DNA of 63,766 nt, the filler included, from Stramenopiles sp. TOSAG23-6 (Eukaryota), in the NCBI GenBank assembly GCA_900128565.1. It is 13 parts of 13 records of this genome, joined end to end, with 100 filler letters (N's around TTAATTAATTAA, not from the genome) between each part and the next. Parts side by side here need not be neighbours in the genome. Positions count along the whole stretch, not along the records: positions 44,292 to 49,094 come from LT637053.1; positions 49,195 to 53,993 come from LT637054.1; positions 54,094 to 58,880 come from LT637055.1; 10 more parts are not named here. One strand, 5' to 3'. Shown here piece by piece: positions 46,738-58,980 of the stretch. Under the pieces are notes generated by a model. That model worked only from the letters and a program-made list of their open reading frames with translations. It made no database searches and had not been told where the DNA came from. The stretch's first letter is position 1. Each line of letters opens with the position of its first letter. The position numbers and the translations under genes are program-made.

Positions 46738-49094
46738 TTACACTGCTGGACCTTCATCGGCTCCATCCATGGGTGGAAGCAGACCTTTGTTTGCATTTTG
46801 TGCCATCGGAGGTAGTTGATTTCCTCTTTCTCCATTTTTAGTCTTCGTGCGAGATCCCGGTCGTTCACGTTGTAACTCCTTTTCCTTTTCTATTATTTGT
46901 TTCTTCATGCGCCCAATCTCTGATCTTTGATGTTCCATCAGATTAAGCGTTTCAACGGATGCTGAATTAGGACTATTTTTCACTGTGTTATCATTTTTGT
47001 ATATTTTTTCTCGTTCAATCTTTATACATTTTCTTAATTCAGCAATTTCATCAATTAAACTCTGATTATTTGTCATCAATGAATGATTTTGATTCTCGTG
47101 TGTAGCTGTGTCATGAACAAGTTGACGTTTAAGCAATTCAACACTTTTCTCCAAATATTGCTTTTGTCTGTTATATTCCATCGATATTTCACTATCTAAA
47201 TCATTGCTATTAATGTCAGTACTCGAAACAAACTTATCATAGACATTTATTACAGCTTTATCCAACGATTTCGCATGTTGTAAATGTTCGCCAAGTGAAT
47301 AAATAGAATTACAAAACCTCTGTTTAAAGGCCTTCTGATCTTGAATTTTACTACGATTCTTCATAATGCATTTTTGTGTGTAGTCTAAATCATTCCTCAA
47401 GTCTCCAATCTTTGAATCAAGCTTTGAATTAGATTTATGATATTTTTCTAATTCAGAATCGATATTCTTAATACCATTTTTCATATTTTTAATCTCAACT
47501 TCACGAGGCTCTATTTGTAATTTAAGTTCCTTGATTTTGTAGTCTAAAACAAACTTAAACTTTTCAAGTTCCTGATTTTTCTTCTTTAAAACTTGAATAT
47601 CTTTTTCTTTATCACCAATGTTATCATCTCTCTCTCGTATAATACGCTTTAGAGTTTGAATTTCTTTGCCTAAAACATTAATACGCTGAAATAATTTCTT
47701 CTCCTTATCCAGAAATACACGAATGTCATCTTTCTGGTGCTCAATATCTTGTGTCAAAGTCCCGAATTTTTTCTTCATAATTCCATTTTCACCCTTGTAT
47801 CGTAACGCCGCTTCTCGTTCAGCATCAAGCTTCGTTATATACTTTTCTTTAACACCTTCGATTTCAGTATCAATGTCTTCTAATAGCTGTCTTGCCTCTT
47901 CATTGCCTGTTCTCTCAGCTCGTAGTTTTGCATCCTCTGCCTTTTTACGTAATCGCTTTTCATTTTCCCATTTTTGTTCAAAATCTGTAGTAATTTGCTG
48001 AACATATGCTTCTTGTGCTTGAATCAACTTTTTTTGTCGCTCCTCGCACCGAAGTTTTGATTGAGCTGCTTCATGTTTTAGATCTTGGAAAGCTTCGACC
48101 TCACCCATAATGATATGTTGATAATCTTCCTCTAGCTTCTGTAATTCTTGCCTGCGCGTTTGGTGTAATTTTTCTTTGCTGGCTATGTTGGCATCTTCTC
48201 TTTTGCCTTTCTTTGCCAGTAATTCACTAAATCTTTCTTTTTCACGACGTATTAAAATTTGATATTCGTCGCTTAATTCCTTTATTTGTTCTGCATATGT
48301 CATGTCTTTCAATCGTAATTGGTACTCATTATGCATTTCTAGTTCCTTTACTTTTTCTTTTAACTCTGATATTAAAACCTTTTTCTCATCTAAATCAGAT
48401 TTTTGAATAAGAACATTTTGTTGGAATTTATGTTTTCCCTCCGAAGATACAACTGCATTTTTATTGCCCCGTTCTACGCCAATCACTAATAATGTACCAT
48501 CATCACCTGCAACAAATAATGTAGAATCATCAGCCGATAAACAAAGACGATTAATAGAACTTGAACAGCATGAAAAGTCACCAACAACAGACATGTCTAA
48601 ACTTCTTAAAACATGTACTGAACCCGGTTTTGAACATACTTTTGTTTTGGTCTTTGTATTTTTTAACATTTTCAATTTGNNNNNNNNNNNNNNNNNNNNN
48701 NNNNNNNNNNNNNNNNNNNNNNNNNNNNNNNNNNNGACATAATGCGTGGAGCCATTTTATCGGAAACAACATTTCCATCAGGAAAAGAAAATTTACGGAT
48801 TTTACCATCTTGGCCGACAGCAAGGGTTACAGTACTATCGGAAGAGCATGTAGCACTTGTAAATTTGACAGATTTCTGTACATATTCAACAGCACGCTTT
48901 TTTTCTTTGAGATCCCATTGATAAAGTGAGCCCCCTAACCCAACACTCAGCAGTTTTGTGTCGTCATCATTCCACCAAAGCGATTGAACTTTTCCATTGT
49001 GTCCACGTAGGGTTGTCAATAGTTTACATGTGAAGGTATCATATATTTGAATGGAGTTATTATAGACGCACGCAAACTGTTGACCACCACGTGA
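46738..49094 (-). CDS. CFAP57: Cilia/flagella-associated protein 57 (WDR65), C-terminal part
   Basis: WD40 LRGHNGKVQSLWW plus coiled coil NQELEKFKFVLDYKIKELK. Confidence 0.88.
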
Positions 49095-49194
49095 NNNNNN
49101 NNNNNNNNNNNNNNNNNNNNNNNNNNNNNNNNNNNNNNTTAATTAATTAANNNNNNNNNNNNNNNNNNNNNNNNNNNNNNNNNNNNNNNNNNNN

Positions 49195-50452
49195 TAGTGA
49201 TTTAGATCATAGTGATGATATTTTTTCAAATACAAATAGTGATTTAGATAATAATGATGATATTATTTCAAATACAAATAGTGATTTAGATCATAATGAT
49301 GATATTATTTCAAATAAGAGTTGTTATGAAGAGGAAATTGCAGATCAAACTTGTCACAAAAAACATAAAAAACAATCTGAAGTCAATGAAATTGTTCCTG
49401 AACAAATGTCAACGTCACCAAAACCTCCCCACACACCATGTATGTTTTATTTTTTTTCAAATTCTAATTTTTTGTTTCGTACGAAATTTGATACCTAACA
49501 AAAAACTTTTTTTTTTTTGAAATTCTAATTTTTTTTCGTACGAAATTTTGTACCTAACAAAAAACTTTTTTTTTTTTTAAATATTTTTCCGAAATACATG
49601 CCCTGCTTATGCTGAAATGCAAATACCTGCTCTCCAGTATGCAATGGCAAATTATGGAATGAGAAAAGCTTCAAAGAAAGTAATGGTACAAAAACTAACT
49701 GAGTTTTGGCACTTTTTGAGAAAGGATAAACTCATTCAAAAGACTAAAGAAAAAAAAAAAAGAAAGAAAAAGAAGAAGACTAATTTGATTTGTCGACAGA
49801 ATTGTAATGTAGTTGCTCTTCCTGTACCTGATGAAAATGGTCATATAGATGCGGTACTTGCACCTGTACGTTTTCAGTATGAATTTCAAATTTTTTTTTC
49901 GTACGAAATTTCGTACCTAACAAATTTCGAATTTAATTTTTTTTACAATACATGTACTTGATGACAATTTGCTTCCCAATAGTGCCAATTGTATGGTACC
50001 AAATTTTGTACCTAAAGCGAACGAAATGTTCTTTGTGCAACATTCTCCTTCGGACAACCCTAACCCTAGTCTTTCTCTTGGAATTCAATCTGTATCGAAT
50101 GGTAAAAAATATAGTAAAAATCACGAAACATTGATAAATCTTATTCGAAACAATAACAGTCCAAAGATGGCTACATTACATGTATGTTTTATTTTTTTTC
50201 AATTTCAAATTTATTTATTTTTTTTTATAAAAATTTTGTACCTAACGATTTTTTTTTTTTTTTTTGAAATATTTTTCCAAAATACATGAAAAAATGATTC
50301 TTCTGGACGCTGTAAATGTCAATGATGTGTATGATGCTTTTCAGAGAGCGGCAAAACGAAGCAATAAAGTAGAATGTGGAGATATCACTAAAAATCTTAT
50401 TGTAGAATTTCTTGAGGCGCAAAACATTACCATGGAAAACAATGTTAAATAA
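49195..50452 (+). CDS. SLX4: SLX4-like nuclease scaffold, C-terminal exons (introns 49440-49599, 49866-49953, 50182-50287)
   Basis: TP|CPAYAEMQIPALQYAMANYGMR (SAP-like) and LH|EKMILL...LIVEFLEAQNIT (SLX1-binding-like). Confidence 0.7.
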
Positions 50453-50682
50453 TCGTATCCAATTTATGATTTTTTTTTATATTTTATATTATATAATAAT
50501 AAAAAAATAAAATTTGAGTTTTTTAGGGTTAGGGTTAGGGTTATATTTTGACCACTCTTGAGATCAAAACAATGTCCACAAAACAATCGAAAAAATAAAA
50601 TTTATGTAATTTTTTTCTTCACATTGTATGATAATAGTCTTCTATCAAATGCATTGAAACATTATGAGTGCTCGAGTGTAGG

Positions 50683-53600
50683 ATGTCATACAAGTTCGAA
50701 AGACTTTCAGAAAAAACGCATCATTTCTTTCGTGGTAGTGCTGTTCTATCAGCTCTAAATGGATATGTTGACTTCCCGGGACAGGAATCAGACTCAGAAA
50801 TGTCTCGGGTTGTTAGCTCCACAACAGAAACTATACTGGTAGCTATGGCGGCAGCTCCTGGTCATATCGTTTGCTGTTTTAAGTTGAAAGACATAGGTAC
50901 TTTATTGGTATCTCTTGATGCTGTCCTTCCACATGAATTGATGGATGATGACTTATTGAAAGGTCTTTTGGCGTTAGTTTTAAATACTACAAAAACGTCG
51001 CCTCTTTTATCTTTTCCATCATCTGAAATTCGACCCAAGATTTTATTATCTCTCCATCGGAAGGAAATCGTTACTATAAAGTATATTCCAGGTAATATCC
51101 TTCGATTAATAGCAGTGTATAGAAATGGGGAAATGTACGTTTGGGAATGGGACGGAAATCATTCGAAATGGGTGTATTTAAATTGCGTTATTTTAGGCAA
51201 TATCGATAGTGTAATTGAAGTAATAGAATGTGTTTTCTGTGAGTGTAATAATACAATTGTTTGGCAAGAGAAACATTTAAATATGACATGTCGCACATGT
51301 ATGCGTACAATTCACTTTAGCTGCGAATCAATGGTAATGAATGATTCAAAAAGTGATTCAAAAAGAAATGTCAAACCAAAACTATGCCAAAACAATATTT
51401 TGAAAAGAACTTTGATTTACATTGGTCAACTATCTGTGATTTCAACAACAAAAGTAGACCAAATTTTTGTTTCAAAAATAGGCATTTGGACATTTGATTC
51501 ATCAGCTATACATAAAACAAACTCAACAAAGTCTTCGACAGCATTTTCTGATTCAATTGAGTCAACCTCATCAACTCAAATAAAATTATATTTATGGAAA
51601 TTTTCATCACAGGTGCAGGTACCTTTTGTGTATAACTCACCAAATGATCAAAATAATCAATTGCGTCGTATTGCTGGTACAGTTCATACTACATCTGGAA
51701 TTATTTTTATTCTGTGTTGTGCAACAGGCGTATGTTTTCAAAATTGAATTTTTATCTACATTTTTTTTATACGAAATTCTGTACCTAACGGTTTTTTTTT
51801 TTTAGTAAAAAAAAAAAAAAAAAAATTAAAAATTTCACAATACATATTGTATACATAAGAAATTCCAATACTAGCCGTAACTCTACAAGAACCCTAACCC
51901 TAAAACCATTATGTACATTATATCCATATGATATAAATAGTGAAAATATAAATGATTCTATTTCAATACAAGCAAAAAGAACATTTTTATATGTTCTCAC
52001 AAAGCGTAAAGTTATTGTACATGTATGTTTTATTTTTTTGAATTTCGAATTTATTTTTTTTTTTTTTTGGTAAAAAAATTAAAATTTTGTACCTAACGAT
52101 TTTTTTTACTAAAAACACAAAATTAAAAATTTCACATTTTTTTTGTACTACAAAAGGATTTTCTTTTAGTATGAAAATTCCGTACATAACAATTTTTTTT
52201 TACTGAAAACAAATTCACAGCATATGATTTAATTAGTGGGTTACAAATGGCAGAGATTGTGATAAACGCAAACTACTCAGGTACAAAATTTGGTACAAAT
52301 TATGATAGTAAGAATATTTTTGACAGTGACATTTTATATAAAAAAAATTTTTGGACTGAAGCAACACCTGGGGTAGGGTTAGGGTTGTGGGATTATTCGG
52401 GGATGTGGTCCTTGAAGCATCCTAGTGTAGCAAATGAAGCCGCTATGTATGTTTTCATCTCTTTTGTTTTTGTTTTTACCTACGAATATTGTATACAAAA
52501 AAAAATTTCATGTAAATTTTTTTTTTTTACTATGAAAATTGTATACCTAAAACAAATTTCAAATATTTGAAATATTTTTTTATTTGATTTTTTTTTTTAT
52601 AAAAATTTTGTACCTAACAAATTTTGACATTTTTTTTTTTTTGACAACACAGACTCACAGCATCAGTAGAACAATTTGGTTTAGACTCGATATTTCATTC
52701 AAAGACTTTATTATCACGGAATTGGATGTATGTTTCATTTTTTTTCAAATTCGATTTTTTTTTCGTACGAAATTTTGTACCTAACGATTTGTTTTTGAAA
52801 TATTTTTCCAAAATACATGTCCGGAGAAAATTCAAAATTTATTTCTTCTAAAATGATTCCGTGCAATTTTTTTACAAAATATTTCTCAAGTAATGACACG
52901 TGTACGTTTTTCATTTTAACCTTTACATTTCATTTTTTTTTTTTTTGGTTTTAGTACGAAATTTACAATGAAAAAAAAAAAAATTATACAAAAATATATA
53001 TATATTTCACAATATATTTGTTCAGCGAAATTTTATTACACGAATGTTTAAACAATTTCTAAAATATCGCAATTTTTTTGATGATAATAGTGTTGAATGT
53101 TTACTAACATCTATGAATATTATATTACGTCATTTGCAATCTCCTGCAATGTTGCTTGCACTTCTACCAACGAGCCACGTACGTTTTAACCATTAATTTC
53201 AAAAAACAATTTCATACGAAATTTTGTACCTAAGAAAAAAACATTTTTTTTAAAGTAGTTATGTTTTCATCATTTATTTCAAATGTGTAAAGTAACATAA
53301 AAACAATCAAATTTGGTATATTTTGTACAATATATATTCATAAAAGTTTTGTATCAGAAATTTTAGATTCTTTCACATCTGATATCAAGGAGAGAGTTGA
53401 CACTCAGCAAATTCGAAATTCGTTAGGTACAAATTTTGGTACAAAAAAAAAAAAAAAAAAAATGAAGGAATTGTTTTTACTCAAATCATTGACTCCACTT
53501 GCATTACAATTAAAACCTCGACTACACGAAATGCTCAATATTTCAAAAAAATTATCGATTCATCGAAAATCTCATATAGTCGTAAAGAAGAGAGTTGATT

Positions 53601-53858
53601 TGACTGAGGAAATTCGAAATTCGTTAGGTACAAATTTTGGTACAAAAAAAAAAAAAAAAAAAAAATGTAAAGGAATCGAATACAGTTTCAGTTGTACGTA
53701 AAACAATGACACAAAAAGATGAAAGACGAAATATATCAATACTGAACAATACTTTTGGAAAATTACTCAAACAAAATTTATTTACTGAAAATAAGAAAAA
53801 GATAACATGGCTTGAATTTCATTTTCTTACATTTGCACCAACATGGGATACATTGTAT
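50683..53858 (+). CDS. Unknown intron-rich gene (introns 51730-51845, 52023-52225, 52447-52652, 52728-52818, 52902-53017, 53179-53335, 53859-)
   Basis: Successive exons join in one frame when family introns are removed; frame uncertain across poly-A runs. Confidence 0.6.
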
Positions 53859-54154
53859 GTATGTTTTTATCATGAATTTTTAAATATTTTTTTTCATACA
53901 AAATTTTGTACCTAACCAAAAAAAAAAAAAATCAAAAAAAAAAAAATTATATTTTTTCATAAAAAATTTTGTACCTAAAAAAAAATATTTTAANNNNNNN
54001 NNNNNNNNNNNNNNNNNNNNNNNNNNNNNNNNNNNNNTTAATTAATTAANNNNNNNNNNNNNNNNNNNNNNNNNNNNNNNNNNNNNNNNNNNNATTTCAA
54101 AATTAGTACAAAAAAAAAAAAAAAAAGTTTTGCTTAGGTACAAAATTTCGTACG

Positions 54155-54186
<32 letters not shown>

Positions 54187-54233
54187 TTGGGAAAAAAATT
54201 TCGAACAAAAAAAAAAAAAAAAAAAAAACATAC

Positions 54234-54669
54234 ACGAACCAAGACTGATTTTAGAAAAGAAAACGTCTTTGATGGGAAATCCTGGTGCATTGGCTTTCAA
54301 CTTTGGCTCCACACTTCGTCGCACCATTAGTTCTATTGCATCATTTAAATGAGGCCAAATGCTTTTGATGGTATTATTCAACCAATCTAATTTCTCTACG
54401 TCAGGATTACGCACCCATTTTGGATAGGTTGTAATATTATCCTTTGAAGCTTGTCGTGATTTGATAATAGCGTGATAATCTACAATATTCAGTGCACTTA
54501 TAAGAGGACTCCATTCCATTATTAATTGACCTCCAAAGAACCAAAACAGTATCGGAGGTAATAAATATAAGAGTGGAAGGTTATAGACACCAACTCCATA
54601 TAGCAACGTTGCTGATACACANGTTATCAACACGAAAAGACATCGTGCTGGTAGTAAACCTAAACCCAT
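54234..54669 (-). CDS. Synaptotagmin-like SMP-domain protein, first exon
   Basis: TM then YPKWVRNPDVEKLDWLNNTIKSIWP...ISLG. Confidence 0.8.
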
Positions 54670-55138
54670 TTTGATTAAATATTATACAATTAGCACCAGC
54701 TCATATACGCTACTGAAGTANAGATGTATGGTTAGTAGTATTTCACTTGCTCTACTCTAAACCCTTTGAACGAAAAATCCAATATTAAAATAATATCTAT
54801 ATTGTATACAGCTACCTCTTTGAGAGAGGAGAAGAAAAACGACGACGGTTGTTTTTTTAGCTGGCTGAGCAGGTTTGTGATTTGTGATTTTATTATAGAT
54901 ACTTTCAGTTTACCGTCTAGCATTTGTATCTCTCTCTCTCTCCAGTCTCCACTCCACTACAACAAGCCCAAAAAACACACCAGTAAAATTCGGTGTTTTA
55001 ATCAATAGCCAAAGAGAGGTAAAAAAAGGACACTTTAAGTTCTCATTGTAAGAGTAGTAATACTCACTACACGTGTAGTGTAAAANACGATATANTACGA
55101 AAAGAGTACAATACACAACTACAAAACACACAGATATA

Positions 55139-56817
55139 ATGTCACGACGAGCAAAGGGTACTGCATTGACTGTACGAAATAACAGAACACCAGCTCGTAA
55201 AGCTGTTGTTCCAGCGAGAAAAGTTGCAGCTTTTGTAGACAAATTATATAAAATATTAGAGACGGCTTCTCCAGATATCATTCGTTGGACGAATGGNGGC
55301 TCAGCTTTTGAAGTCAACGATACCGACAGACTTTCAAAGGAAGTATTATCTGTGTATTATCGAAGCGGAAATTTCCAAAGTTTTATTCGCCAACTACATT
55401 TTTATATGTTTCGACGTATTGAAGATACAAAGAAAAAACAAACGAAAAAGACACATTGGGAATTCACACATGAATATTTTATTCGAGGTCGTCCCCATTT
55501 AATGTCAAAAATACAGAGAAAGACAAATGTATGTTTTATTTTTTTTTTTAAACCGAAAAAAAAAAAAATCCAATTTTTTTTTCGTAGGAAATTTTGTACC
55601 TAACAAATGTTTTAGAATTTTTTTCAAATATTTTTCCAAAATGCATGGTGACCTACAAACGAAAGCTGAGGTCAATGTTCTCAAGGAAGAAGTAGCAATG
55701 CTGCGTCATACCATGACCAATTTATATTCCAAGATGAACCAAATGTCACAGGTAATGCTTGCTCTTGTAAATGAAAGACCAGATTTACACTCAACAATTA
55801 AAAACATGTATGTTTTTTTTTTTTCGGTAAAAAAAAAATCGAATTTTTTTTTTTTTTGGTTTCGTACGAAATTTTGTACCTAACAAGTTTTTTTTTAGAT
55901 TTTTTTGAAATATTGTTCCAAAATACATAATTTTAAGTCGAAGTCCACAAAGTACTGGACAGTCACCAAATTTGAACCAAATCTCTTCGTCAATGGTTCC
56001 CTCCATGGCTACTCCTCTACCCATGCCTATAATACCAGTCAATACGAATAACATCAACACATTTTCCAGCGATTTTTCTACTGATTCAAAAAAAAGAAAA
56101 TTAGGTCAAAGTACAACTGAGAAAAATAGTGATGATTTTTTACAGTTTAATTTTCCTCATGGAACAAGTACACAGCCACATATTAATTCAAACACAATAC
56201 CCAAAAATTCTCTTTCTCCAAATGAGGATGAAACATTTGCCATTGAATATTTAGGTGATTTGGAACGTGTACCATCACCAGATTACACTTTAATTTCTAC
56301 CGATCGGAATAATGCGAATAGCCCTAACCCTAGTGGTTCTAATGGGAATGGGGTCAATACTAGTACTATGGACCCATCATGGAAGAAGTTTCCTGGTGAT
56401 GGTAATATTACAAGTTCATATGGACGTAGAAGGCATATTCCTAATTCATCACTAGATTTAACAAATGAAAAGAATGATTTTATAACNAACAATAATAACA
56501 ATCATGGTAGTGANAATTTAGAAATGCCGAAATTTGATAGATTAGCTTCNTATGACAAAATTCCATATAGTGAGTTNAATAGATTATCAAGTATAAATAG
56601 TATTGGTAGTATAGATTTGACTGATTTAGGTATGGCCATTGATGACGCCGATAACCCTAATAGTAATAATCGTAATAACCCTAACCCTACAAATAAAAAA
56701 AATCAATTTGGGGCACAAAAAAATGACGATGATATTTTAAATGTTTTAACCGATTCTCTATGGGATACACAAGACTGGGATGCTAATTTAAAACCAAAGG
56801 AGAATAATGATTTATAG
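55139..56817 (+). CDS. HSF: Heat shock transcription factor; exons 55139-55528, 55647-55807, 55929-56817
   Basis: FVDKLYKIL, IIRW, NFQSFIRQLHFYMF, WEFTHEYFIRGRP; two GT..AT introns restore frame. Confidence 0.88.
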
Positions 56818-56939
56818 TCATTTTTAAAGATGTGTGTTGTATTATAATGTATATATTTTCAAAAAATAAAAAAAAATCGAAAATTTTGAATANTTTTGAA
56901 TATTTTTGGGTACCTGCCCCATTGACACCATTATTTGAT

Positions 56940-58724
56940 TTACATAATATCTCTAATATCTGACGTCGTTTCAACGGATTCCAATAATTTCTGCTGCAAT
57001 TCCACCCTTTGTTGTGACTGTTCCTCCTCAGGCTCAAGCATATTCGATTCATGTGCATTTTCCCTCATTTGAAGCTCGATTCTTCTCGTTTCAAGCTGCA
57101 ATTGTTGTAAACGCAGAGCGTGCTCCATTTTTTCCCTTTCAAACTGCATTTGTTGTAAACGCAGAGCGTGCTCCATTTCTTCCCTTTCAAACTGCATTTT
57201 TTCAAGCTCCATATTCCATTCAAGCTCCATTTGTTCCATTAATTCATCTCTTTTTCTTTCTTGATCTTCTGCATAACTTCTTTTTGATACTTGTTCACCC
57301 CAGCTGTAAAACATTTTCAATTTTCTCATCAAAGACCAAAATATAGTTGATTTAGATAATTGTAAATACGGATTATCCACTTTTCTGATGACGGCATTGG
57401 ATGATTTTGCTTCTTGTTCTGGTTCTTGTTCTGGTTCTGGATGAATGCTTTCTTGTTCTGGTTCTTGTTCTGGTTCTTGTTCTGGTCGATATTTTTTAGA
57501 AATTTCTTTTACAGCAACAACAAATCGATTTTCTTGTGAAATGCGACAGTTATCTTCTTCTGTAAAATTAGACGGAAATATATCAAAACCGCTCAGACTG
57601 ACATGATGAGTTTCACCAGTTTGAAATACAAGCGCCTGTCCAAGTTTATCCATATCAGTAGGAAACCAAAAGTTTGCAAAGGATTCGTCTTTGGTGGGCT
57701 CAGATGGCGGAGGACATGTATGTTTGAATTCTGAGTCACTGATACTTTCTCCTTCATTGTTGACCCGAATTGCAAGTGGATGAACACGTAGTGGAAGTTT
57801 CAAAGGAAACCATACATTATACATTTGTTTCACATATAATGAAGGCTGCTCTTTTTCGTAAGATTTTTCTTCTTTATATGAAGGAATATTGTTCAGTGGG
57901 CGAATAACACGATCTTCTGGCTCCCCGGATAATACAGTCTCATAATAATGTTCGATTGCTTCATTGAGTGTGTCAACATGAGCATACTTTACAGCAGAAT
58001 TTCCTTCATTTTCGTCATTTCCAACTGCGACAGGACACTGATCTCTTCCTTGTGTTGGCTTATTATCATCTTGTGTTACTCTGACAGCTGTCGATAATCT
58101 CCTGACCAAATCAAGAAAATGAAAGTCTTTAGAATCAGTTTCAACCTTTTCCTGAATAAAGTCATTTTCTTTTTGTAAAATTTTTTCTCGAACTGGGACA
58201 ATTTCGTCAAGTCTGTACAAAAATATTTCCTCGTGAAACTGACACCGTTCGTCTTTTTCACACTCAAGTTCTTCTTTAATTGTTCCACAATCATGTGGTC
58301 CTTTGTAATCATGAACAGGCCAACAATGCGGAAGTTGCTCTGTCAGCTCTCTCTTTATACTCCCCCAGGCGTCATATTGGAGATGTTCAAAACGTTTATA
58401 ATCCTGCGGTTCCGCCTTTACATCTTGCAAGTCAAGTTCAAAACCAGAAACACCATGATGATATAAACTAAGATTAGTGAAATCTTTAAATGATTTTGGC
58501 ACGAATGTAACTTTTGCAGTCGTATGACAATTTCCAGAACCAATATTGGTTACTTCACTTGCTTCATATTTGTCGTGACCATAACCACTTTTGAATGTTA
58601 CATTTCTCTCAAAAAAAACACTTGCGCTTGCGCTTGCCTTCTTCTCTTCTACCACTTCCATTGCTTGATTTATCTCACACGATAAAAATAATGTAAGAAT
58701 GGACCATAGATAATTTAAATGCAT
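56940..58724 (-). CDS. Secreted protein with possible CmcJ/NvfI-like oxidoreductase domain and coiled-coil tail
   Basis: Signal peptide; YAHVD, NVWFPL..P...HPLA, ALVF, RISQENR. Confidence 0.5.
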   Translation of the reverse strand: MHLNYLWSILTLFLSCEINQAMEVVEEKKASASASVFFERNVTFKSGYGHDKYEASEVTNIGSGNCHTTAKVTFVPKSFKDFTNLSLYHHGVSGFELDLQDVKAEPQDYKRFEHLQYDAWGSIKRELTEQLPHCWPVHDYKGPHDCGTIKEELECEKDERCQFHEEIFLYRLDEIVPVREKILQKENDFIQEKVETDSKDFHFLDLVRRLSTAVRVTQDDNKPTQGRDQCPVAVGNDENEGNSAVKYAHVDTLNEAIEHYYETVLSGEPEDRVIRPLNNIPSYKEEKSYEKEQPSLYVKQMYNVWFPLKLPLRVHPLAIRVNNEGESISDSEFKHTCPPPSEPTKDESFANFWFPTDMDKLGQALVFQTGETHHVSLSGFDIFPSNFTEEDNCRISQENRFVVAVKEISKKYRPEQEPEQEPEQESIHPEPEQEPEQEAKSSNAVIRKVDNPYLQLSKSTIFWSLMRKLKMFYSWGEQVSKRSYAEDQERKRDELMEQMELEWNMELEKMQFEREEMEHALRLQQMQFEREKMEHALRLQQLQLETRRIELQMRENAHESNMLEPEEEQSQQRVELQQKLLESVETTSDIRDIM

Positions 58725-58980
58725 TCTTGTTGCTCTCTCTCTTTTTAGTGATACCGGTACCTGAATCCCAAAACAAAAGTATTTTCTTTTAATTTCAATG
58801 TTTTTTTCATACGGTACTGTACTGCGCTGAACACTGTATACTTTTTACATTTATTTTGGTTTTGGTTTTTCGTGTGTGGANNNNNNNNNNNNNNNNNNNN
58901 NNNNNNNNNNNNNNNNNNNNNNNNTTAATTAATTAANNNNNNNNNNNNNNNNNNNNNNNNNNNNNNNNNNNNNNNNNNNN

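Noticed and set aside
49440-53993. Nucleosome-length periodicity of intron positions
   Set aside because: Spacings vary too much and the sample is too small to support it by eye
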